Part shown: positions 40,079 through 46,714 of the stretch, piece by piece
Position numbering within the stretch: the stretch's first letter is position 1
Layout of the letters: every line of letters begins with the position of its first letter
DNA from: Methyloversatilis sp.
GTDB taxonomy: Bacteria; Pseudomonadota; Gammaproteobacteria; Burkholderiales; Rhodocyclaceae
Assembly (NCBI RefSeq): GCF_030696805.1
Contig: NZ_JAUYRO010000025.1
Location: 1,844 to 65,843 of the forward strand
Reading direction: 5' to 3'
Length of the DNA stretch: 64,000 nt
The notes under the pieces: generated by a model
Told to the model about the DNA's origin: nothing
The model's database searches: none
What the model saw: the letters and a program-made list of their open reading frames with translations, nothing else
Translations under genes and position numbers: made by a program

Positions 40079-41767
40079 ATGTCGGAACCGTTTTCCATAC
40101 CGCTTGAGCAGATGCGTCGCATGGTCAAGCCCACGCCCAAGGGGCGCCCGCTTGATCCGGTTGCCGTCGAAGAAGTGCAGGCGCTGCTCGGTCGCATGCC
40201 GCGCCGTCCGGATCTGCTGATCGAATGCCTGCACCTGTTGCAGGACACCTACCGCGCGGTGCACGCGCGCCATCTCGCCGCACTGGCGGCCGAACTGAAG
40301 ATGTCGCAGGCCGAGGTATACGAGGTGGCGACGTTCTATCACCACTTCGACGTGCTGCGCGAAGGCGAGGGCGCGCCGGCCGAACTGACCGTGCGCGTGT
40401 GCGACACGCTGTCCTGCAAGATGGCCGGAGCGGACGATCTGCTGAAGAAGCTGCCGGGCATCCTGGGCACCAGGGTGCGCGTCATTCCGGCACCCTGTGT
40501 CGGCCGCTGCGAACAGGCACCGGTCGTCGTAGTCGGTCAGAACGCGCTGGGCGGCGCCACCGAAGCGGACGTGAAGGCCGCCGTGAAGGCGAATGAATCG
40601 ACGCATCCGCTGCCCCGTTACGTCGGCTACAAGGCTTACCTCAAAGCCGGTGGCTACCAGTTGTTCCGCGATCTGGTCGAAGGTCGTCGCGATGTCGAGT
40701 CGGTCATTCAGGCGATGGAACATTCCGGCCTGCGCGGTCTGGGCGGCGCCGGATTCCCGGCCGGCCGCAAATGGCGCATCGTGCGTGCCGAGGCGGCGCC
40801 GCGTCTGATGGCAATCAATATCGACGAGGGCGAACCCGGCACCTTCAAGGACCGCTGGTACCTCGAACGCGATCCGCACCGCTTCCTCGAAGGCATGCTG
40901 ATCGCCGCCTACTGTGTCGGCATCGGCGAGGTGTATGTCTATCTGCGCGACGAGTACGCGCATGTGCGCGACATCCTGCAGAAGGAACTGAAGAAGCTGT
41001 TGGCCGCTCCGCCCTGTGCGCTGCCGCCAATCCACCTGCGCCGCGGCGCGGGCGCCTACATCTGCGGTGAAGAGTCGGCGATGATCGAATCGATCGAAGG
41101 CAAGCGCGGCATGCCGCGCCTGCGCCCGCCGTATGTCGCCCAGGTCGGCCTGTTCGGTCATCCGACGCTGGAACACAATATGGAAACCGTGTTCTGGATC
41201 CGCGACATCGTGGAGAAGGGCGCGGACTGGTTCGCCGGTCAGGGGCGCAACGGTCGCAAGGGGCTGCGTTCGTTCTCGGTGTCGGGTCGCGTGAAGAAGC
41301 CGGGCGTGCATCTGGCACCGGCCGGCATTTCGGTGCGCGAACTGATCGATGAATACTGTGGCGGCATGCAAGCCGGCCATGCCTTCTACGGCTATCTGCC
41401 CGGGGGCGCGTCCGGCGGCATCCTGCCAGCCAGTCTGGGCGACATCCCGCTCGACTTCGACACCCTGCAGCCCTACGGCTGCTTCATCGGCTCGGCAGCG
41501 GTGATCATCCTGTCCGACCATGACCGCGCGACCGATGCGGCGCGCAACATGATGCATTTCTTCGAACACGAGTCGTGCGGGCAGTGCACGCCCTGCCGCG
41601 TCGGCACGGCCAAGATGAACACGCTGATGGAAGCCCCGGTGTGGGACACCGATCTGGTCGAAGAGCTGTCACAGACCATGGTGGACGCGTCGATCTGCGG
41701 CCTCGGGCAGGCGGCACCGAATCCGGTGCGCTGCGTCATCAAGTATTTCCCTGACGAAATCAAGTGA
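40079..41767 (+). CDS. NAD-dependent formate dehydrogenase beta subunit (fused NuoE+NuoF-like, Fdh1B type)
   Basis: VCDTLSC...PCVGRC [2Fe-2S], SGLRGLGGAGFP, DEGEPGTFKDR, GAGAYICGEE and ESCGQCTPCR...SICGLG motifs. Confidence 0.93.
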   Translation: MSEPFSIPLEQMRRMVKPTPKGRPLDPVAVEEVQALLGRMPRRPDLLIECLHLLQDTYRAVHARHLAALAAELKMSQAEVYEVATFYHHFDVLREGEGAPAELTVRVCDTLSCKMAGADDLLKKLPGILGTRVRVIPAPCVGRCEQAPVVVVGQNALGGATEADVKAAVKANESTHPLPRYVGYKAYLKAGGYQLFRDLVEGRRDVESVIQAMEHSGLRGLGGAGFPAGRKWRIVRAEAAPRLMAINIDEGEPGTFKDRWYLERDPHRFLEGMLIAAYCVGIGEVYVYLRDEYAHVRDILQKELKKLLAAPPCALPPIHLRRGAGAYICGEESAMIESIEGKRGMPRLRPPYVAQVGLFGHPTLEHNMETVFWIRDIVEKGADWFAGQGRNGRKGLRSFSVSGRVKKPGVHLAPAGISVRELIDEYCGGMQAGHAFYGYLPGGASGGILPASLGDIPLDFDTLQPYGCFIGSAAVIILSDHDRATDAARNMMHFFEHESCGQCTPCRVGTAKMNTLMEAPVWDTDLVEELSQTMVDASICGLGQAAPNPVRCVIKYFPDEIK

Positions 41768-41783
41768 AGGGACGGCAATCCAA

Positions 41784-44588
41784 ATGAATGCACCCATTGA
41801 TGCTTCGGTGATCGCGCAATCGATCGAATTCACGCTCGACGGCCAGTCGATGACGGCCCGTGTCGGCGAAACCATCCTGCAGGCGGCGGCCCGTCAGGGC
41901 GTGGACATTCCGCACCTCTGCTACAAGGACGGCTACCGTCCGGACGGCAACTGCCGCGCCTGCGTGGTCGAGATAGACGGCGAACGCGTGCTTGCGCCAA
42001 GCTGCTGCCGCGCACCGACGCCCGGCATGAACGTGAAGGCCGAGTCGGAGCGCGCCGTGAAGGCGCAGAAGATGGTGGTTGAGCTGCTGCTGTCGGACAT
42101 GCCGGACCAGACCTACACACCCGATTCCGAACTGGCGCACTGGGCAGAGAAGCTCGGCGTGACCGGCTCGCGCTTCGAAGGCCGCGATCAGCCGGCATGC
42201 GACCAGTCGCATCCGGCGATGAGCGTGAACCTCGACGCCTGCATCCAGTGCAACCGGTGCGTGCGCGCCTGTCGCGAAGAGCAGGGCAATGACGTGATCG
42301 GCTATGCCTTCCGCGGTTCGGCGTCGAAGATCGTGTTCGATCAGGACGACCCGATGGGCGCGTCGACCTGCGTGGCGTGCGGCGAATGCGTGCAGGCCTG
42401 CCCGACCGGCGCGCTGATGCCGGCCGGTGGCGTCGGCATGGTGAAGATGGACAAGACCGTCGATTCCGTCTGTCCGTACTGCGGCGTTGGCTGCCAGCTG
42501 ACTTATCACGTCAAGGACGACCGCGTACTGATGGTGAGCGGCCGCGACGGTCCGGCCAACGAAGAGCGCCTGTGCGTCAAGGGCCGCTTCGGTTTCGACT
42601 ACGCGCGTCACCCGCAGCGTCTCACGAAGCCGCTGATCCGCCGTGCCGATGCACCGAAGCACAAGAATTTCGTCGTCGATCCGGGCAATCCGCTGTCGGC
42701 CTTCCGCGAAGCCAGCTGGGAAGAAGCGATCGAGTACGCAACCAGCCGGCTGCGCACCATCCGCGACACCAAGGGGCCGAACGCTCTGGCCGGTTTCGGT
42801 TCAGCCAAGGGCTCGAACGAAGAGGCCTACCTGTTCCAGAAGCTGATCCGCACCGGCTTTGGTACCAACAACGTCGATCACTGCACACGCCTGTGCCATG
42901 CCTCGTCGGTTGCGGCGCTGCTGGAAGCGGTCGGTTCGGGCGCAGTGTCGAACCCGGTACGCGATGTGCTGCACTCGGACGTGATCTTCCTGATCGGCGC
43001 CAATCCGCTGGTCAATCACCCGGTGGGCGCGACCTGGATCAAGAACGCGGTCAGGCAGGGTGCGCGCCTCATCGTGTGCGATCCGCGCCGCAACGACCTG
43101 CAGCGCTACGCCACGCACTTCCTGCAGTTCAAGCCGGACACCGACGTGGCCATGCTGAACGCGATGATGCACGTCATCATCGAAGAAGGTCTGGTCGACG
43201 AGGCGTTCGTGCGCGACCGCACTTCGGGTTTCGATGCGCTGAAGAAGAACGTCGCCGATTTCAGTCCGGAGCGCATGGCCAAGATCTGCGGCATTCCGGC
43301 CGAAACGCTGCGCGAGGTGGCACGCATGTTCGCGACCTCGAAGGCGTCGATGATCCTGTGGGGCATGGGCGTGTCGCAGCATGTTCATGGCACCGACAAT
43401 GCACGCTGCCTGATTTCGATGGTCATGATGACCGGCCAGATCGGTCGACGCGGCACCGGCCTGCATCCGCTGCGCGGCCAGAACAATGTGCAGGGTGCCT
43501 CCGACGCCGGCCTGATACCGATGGTGTTCCCGGACTACCAGGCGGTCGGCAACAAGACCATCCGCGACAAGTTCGAAGAACTGTGGGGCAGCCGTCTCGA
43601 TGCCAACCCCGGTCTGACCGTGGTTGAAATCATGGACGCCATCCATGCCGGCAAGCTCAATGGCTGCTACATCATGGGCGAAAATCCGGCCATGTCCGAT
43701 CCGGATGTCGAGCACGCCCGCGATGCGCTGGCCAAGCTCGATTGCCTGGTCGTGCAGGACATCTTCCTGACCGAAACCGCCTACTTCGCGGATGTCGTGC
43801 TGCCAGCGTCGGCCTTCCCGGAGAAGACCGGCACCTTCACCAATACCGACCGTCAGGTGCAACTGGGTCGTCAGGCGATCAATCCGCCGGGCGATGCGCG
43901 ACAGGACCTGTGGATCATCCAGCAGATGGCCAACGGCATGGGGCTGGACTGGCATTACGACGGCGCGAAGGACGTGTTCAACGAAATGCGCAAGGCGATG
44001 CATTCGATCGCCGGCATCACGTGGGAGCGGCTGGAAGCCGAGCACTCGGTTACCTATCCGTGCGAAAACGAGGGCGACCCGGGCGACGAGGTGGTGTTCA
44101 TCGAGCGCTTCCCGACCCAGTCCGGTCGCGCCAAGCTGGTGCCGGCCAAACTGATCAGCGCCAACGAGAAGCCGGACGCCGACTTCCCGATGGTGCTGAT
44201 CACCGGCCGCCAGCTTGAACACTGGCATACCGGTTCAATGACGCGCCGGGCGTCGGTACTCGACAACATCGAGCCGATCGCCACGGTCACGATCAACCCG
44301 GCCGACATGGCGAAGCTGAAGCTGCGGCCGGGCGAGGTCGTCACGGTCGAATCACGCCGCGGCAAGATCGCGCTGTACGCGCGTGTCGATGGCAACGTGC
44401 CGGTCGGCGCCGTGTTCATCCCGTTTGCGTATTACGAAGCAGCCGCCAATATGCTGACCAATCCGGCGCTGGACCCGTTCGGCAAGATTCCGGAGTTCAA
44501 GTATTGCGCGGTGCGGTTGAAAAAGGGCGGAATGCCGACCCGACTGTCGTCCTACGGCGGCGGTCAGGCGAAGATGGTAACTGCTTGA
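41784..44588 (+). CDS. Formate dehydrogenase alpha subunit (Fdh1A/FdhF type, Cys ligand)
   Basis: IPHLC...DGNCRAC, CIQCNRCVRAC, CVACGECVQACP, CPYCGVGC, NNVDHCTRLCH, LRGQNNVQG and TGRQLEHWH motifs. Confidence 0.95.
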   Translation: MNAPIDASVIAQSIEFTLDGQSMTARVGETILQAAARQGVDIPHLCYKDGYRPDGNCRACVVEIDGERVLAPSCCRAPTPGMNVKAESERAVKAQKMVVELLLSDMPDQTYTPDSELAHWAEKLGVTGSRFEGRDQPACDQSHPAMSVNLDACIQCNRCVRACREEQGNDVIGYAFRGSASKIVFDQDDPMGASTCVACGECVQACPTGALMPAGGVGMVKMDKTVDSVCPYCGVGCQLTYHVKDDRVLMVSGRDGPANEERLCVKGRFGFDYARHPQRLTKPLIRRADAPKHKNFVVDPGNPLSAFREASWEEAIEYATSRLRTIRDTKGPNALAGFGSAKGSNEEAYLFQKLIRTGFGTNNVDHCTRLCHASSVAALLEAVGSGAVSNPVRDVLHSDVIFLIGANPLVNHPVGATWIKNAVRQGARLIVCDPRRNDLQRYATHFLQFKPDTDVAMLNAMMHVIIEEGLVDEAFVRDRTSGFDALKKNVADFSPERMAKICGIPAETLREVARMFATSKASMILWGMGVSQHVHGTDNARCLISMVMMTGQIGRRGTGLHPLRGQNNVQGASDAGLIPMVFPDYQAVGNKTIRDKFEELWGSRLDANPGLTVVEIMDAIHAGKLNGCYIMGENPAMSDPDVEHARDALAKLDCLVVQDIFLTETAYFADVVLPASAFPEKTGTFTNTDRQVQLGRQAINPPGDARQDLWIIQQMANGMGLDWHYDGAKDVFNEMRKAMHSIAGITWERLEAEHSVTYPCENEGDPGDEVVFIERFPTQSGRAKLVPAKLISANEKPDADFPMVLITGRQLEHWHTGSMTRRASVLDNIEPIATVTINPADMAKLKLRPGEVVTVESRRGKIALYARVDGNVPVGAVFIPFAYYEAAANMLTNPALDPFGKIPEFKYCAVRLKKGGMPTRLSSYGGGQAKMVTA

Positions 44589-44609
44589 TACATCGTGCGA
44601 TAAAGAAAG

Positions 44610-44637
44610 ACCGGGGCCGAGTGCCCCGGTTTTTTTT
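44610..44637 (+). terminator. Rho-independent terminator after fdh
   Basis: ACCGGGGC-CGAGT-GCCCCGGT followed by a T7 run. Confidence 0.85.
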
Positions 44638-44659
44638 GATCCTGCACCGGGTATTGTCA

Positions 44660-44689
44660 TTGACGACAGGCGAGGCTGACGGATACCCT
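44660..44689 (+). promoter_or_regulatory. Putative sigma70 promoter of the B12 operon
   Basis: TTGACG-N18-TACCCT immediately upstream of the riboswitch. Confidence 0.5.
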
Positions 44690-44699
44690 GCGCGTGCTT

Positions 44700-44887
44700 C
44701 AGGTGCCCTGACCAGCGTTCGCTGCGATGGGTGAAACGGGAAGTCCGGTGAGTGCCTGCAATCAGGTCGCAATCCCGGCGCTGCCCCCGCAACGGTAAGC
44801 GAGTTGTAGCGATCCATTCAGCCACTGTGCATGACGCATGGGAAGGCGGGTCGCGCATTTCCCTCGCGAGCCCGGAGACCGGCCTGA
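44700..44887 (+). ncRNA. Cobalamin (AdoCbl-class) riboswitch
   Basis: AGGTGCC..., AAACGGGAA.TCCGGTG, CCGGCGCTGCCCCCGCAACGGTAA, GCCACTG, TGGGAAGG and B12-box AGCCCGGAGACCGGCC appear in canonical order. Confidence 0.96.
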
Positions 44888-45043
44888 CGCATTTGACCGA
44901 TGGCTGCGGTGGGCGGCGGAGGTGCGCATTTCCTTTGCCCGGTCGCTTTTCCGCGCAGGTCGTGCGTCGCTTCCCCTTTGCTTCAGACCATCGGATTTCC
45001 GCAATTCGCCGGCGGGTGCTGCCGGCGCTGCAAGGAGGTCTGC

Positions 45044-45841
45044 ATGCGTACCATTCTTCTCACATCCCTTATCGGACTGGCGTTTGCCGGGTCTGCCCAG
45101 GCCGGCCCATTTGCGCCGGCCGCCGGTCAGGCCGGCTCGACCGCCATCAGCAAGGACAGCCCGGCTTTCGTCCAGTGGGCGACCGGCTATCTCGACTATC
45201 TGCCCGGTCCCAACGTCGACGCCACGTGGCAGACGCCGCAAAAGGGTCTGGGCGTGGCCCAGGGCGGCGCGACCGACATCGTCGTGCTTGGCGACGGCGG
45301 CAGCATCACACTCACCTTCGACGGCTACATCACGAACGGCGCAGGCGCCGATTTTGCAGTATTCGAAAACGGCTTCATGGACACCTTCCTTGAACTGGCG
45401 TTCGTCGAGGTGTCGTCCAACGGTACCGATTTCTTCCGCTTTCCGAACTTCTCGTTCACGGCCAGCCCGGTCGGCGGCTTCGGCCTGATTGACCCGACCA
45501 ATATCGACGGTCTGGCCGGCAAGTACCGCGCCGGTTTCGGCACGCCGTTCGATCTCGAGGTGCTGAGCGGCGTCGCCGGACTGGACGTGAACAAGGTGCA
45601 GTACGTGCGCCTGATCGACGTGGTCGGCAATGGTTCGACCTTCGACAGCTTCCCGGCCGAATACGGCGGGCCGCACCCCATCTACGACCCGTACCCGACC
45701 ACCGGCAGCAGCGGCTTCGACCTCGACGCAGTCGGCGTCATCCACTACGCGGCACTGCCGGCCGTGCCCGAGCCGTCGCAGTGGGCGATGTACTGCGCCG
45801 CACTCGGCCTGCTCGGTCTGGTCGCCCGCCGCCGCGGCTGA
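45044..45841 (+). CDS. PEP-CTERM surface protein, BtuH-like putative B12-binding domain
   Basis: RBS AAGGAGG and signal peptide. LGDGGSITLTFD..I.NG.G.DFAVFEN.F...FLELAFVEVS.NG..F.RF core. VPEPSQWAMYCAALGLLGLVARRRG tail. Confidence 0.88.
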   Translation: MRTILLTSLIGLAFAGSAQAGPFAPAAGQAGSTAISKDSPAFVQWATGYLDYLPGPNVDATWQTPQKGLGVAQGGATDIVVLGDGGSITLTFDGYITNGAGADFAVFENGFMDTFLELAFVEVSSNGTDFFRFPNFSFTASPVGGFGLIDPTNIDGLAGKYRAGFGTPFDLEVLSGVAGLDVNKVQYVRLIDVVGNGSTFDSFPAEYGGPHPIYDPYPTTGSSGFDLDAVGVIHYAALPAVPEPSQWAMYCAALGLLGLVARRRG

Positions 45842-45874
45842 TTCTGCCTCCGCTCACCACGAAAGATTTCCGAC

Positions 45875-46663
45875 ATGAAAAAAACACTCATCACGCTCGC
45901 GCTGGGCGCACTGGCCGCCAGCCATGCCGCTTATGCCGCAACCACCGTAGCCACTTTCGACGACCTGCCGCTGGCGCCCGAAAGCCACTTCTTCCCGCAA
46001 GTGACGACCACCTTCACCAGCGGAGCGGCCACGTTCAATCACACTTTCACAAACTTCGGCGGCGGCTGCTGCCATGTTGACTGGGTGTATTCCAACCGCA
46101 CCGACACGACGACCGGCAACTACACCAATCAGCACAGCGCGATCACCGGCGGCGGTGCCGACGGATCGGGTCATTACGCGATCGCCAACTTCGGCGCGCC
46201 GACTGTCAGCTTTGCGTCGGCCGTCAGCGTGCAGGGTGCGTACTTCACCAACACGACGTTCACCGGCCTTACCCTGCTCACCGGCGACTTCTTCTCGAAA
46301 AAGTTCGGCGGCGCCAGCGGCAATGACCCCGACTATTTGAAGCTGACCATCCTCGGCAAGGACGCCGGCGGTGCGACGACCGGCAGCGTCGACTTCATGC
46401 TGGCCGACTACCGGTTCGACGACAACACGCAGGACTACGTGGTGACCGACTGGCGCTGGGTCGATCTGACGGCACTGGGCAGCGTCAGCAGCCTGCAGTT
46501 CGCGCTGGCGTCGAGCGACAGCGGTGAATTCGGCATCAACACGCCGGCCTATTTCGCGCTCGACAATCTGACTGTCACCGCCGTGCCGGAACCCGAACAG
46601 GCCGCGTTGCTGCTGGCCGGTCTTGCGCTGGTCGGCGCAATCGCGCGTCGCCGTCGCGGCTGA
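45875..46663 (+). CDS. PEP-CTERM surface protein with DUF4465 (BtuJ-like) domain
   Basis: Signal peptide. FTSG.A.F, YSN.TD, NQ.SA..GGG..GS..YA, TNTT, KKFGG, DY.KLTI.G, F.LADYR, W.WVDLT.LG, SSD.G..G.NTPAYF.LDN motifs. VPEPEQ...ARRRRG tail. Confidence 0.9.
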   Translation: MKKTLITLALGALAASHAAYAATTVATFDDLPLAPESHFFPQVTTTFTSGAATFNHTFTNFGGGCCHVDWVYSNRTDTTTGNYTNQHSAITGGGADGSGHYAIANFGAPTVSFASAVSVQGAYFTNTTFTGLTLLTGDFFSKKFGGASGNDPDYLKLTILGKDAGGATTGSVDFMLADYRFDDNTQDYVVTDWRWVDLTALGSVSSLQFALASSDSGEFGINTPAYFALDNLTVTAVPEPEQAALLLAGLALVGAIARRRRG

Positions 46664-46676
46664 TCCATTCCGGGGG

Positions 46677-46708
46677 TCACCCGCACGCCTTCAGCGGCGT
46701 GCGGGTGA
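46677..46708 (+). promoter_or_regulatory. Intra-operon perfect 13-bp stem-loop without U-tract
   Basis: TCACCCGCACGCC-TTCAGC-GGCGTGCGGGTGA between the DUF4465 gene and the TonB receptor gene. Confidence 0.7.
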
Positions 46709-46714
46709 GGTGTA

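Noticed and set aside
41784-44588. Selenocysteine formate dehydrogenase
   Set aside because: The active-site position is a Cys codon (TRLCH) and there is no in-frame TGA.
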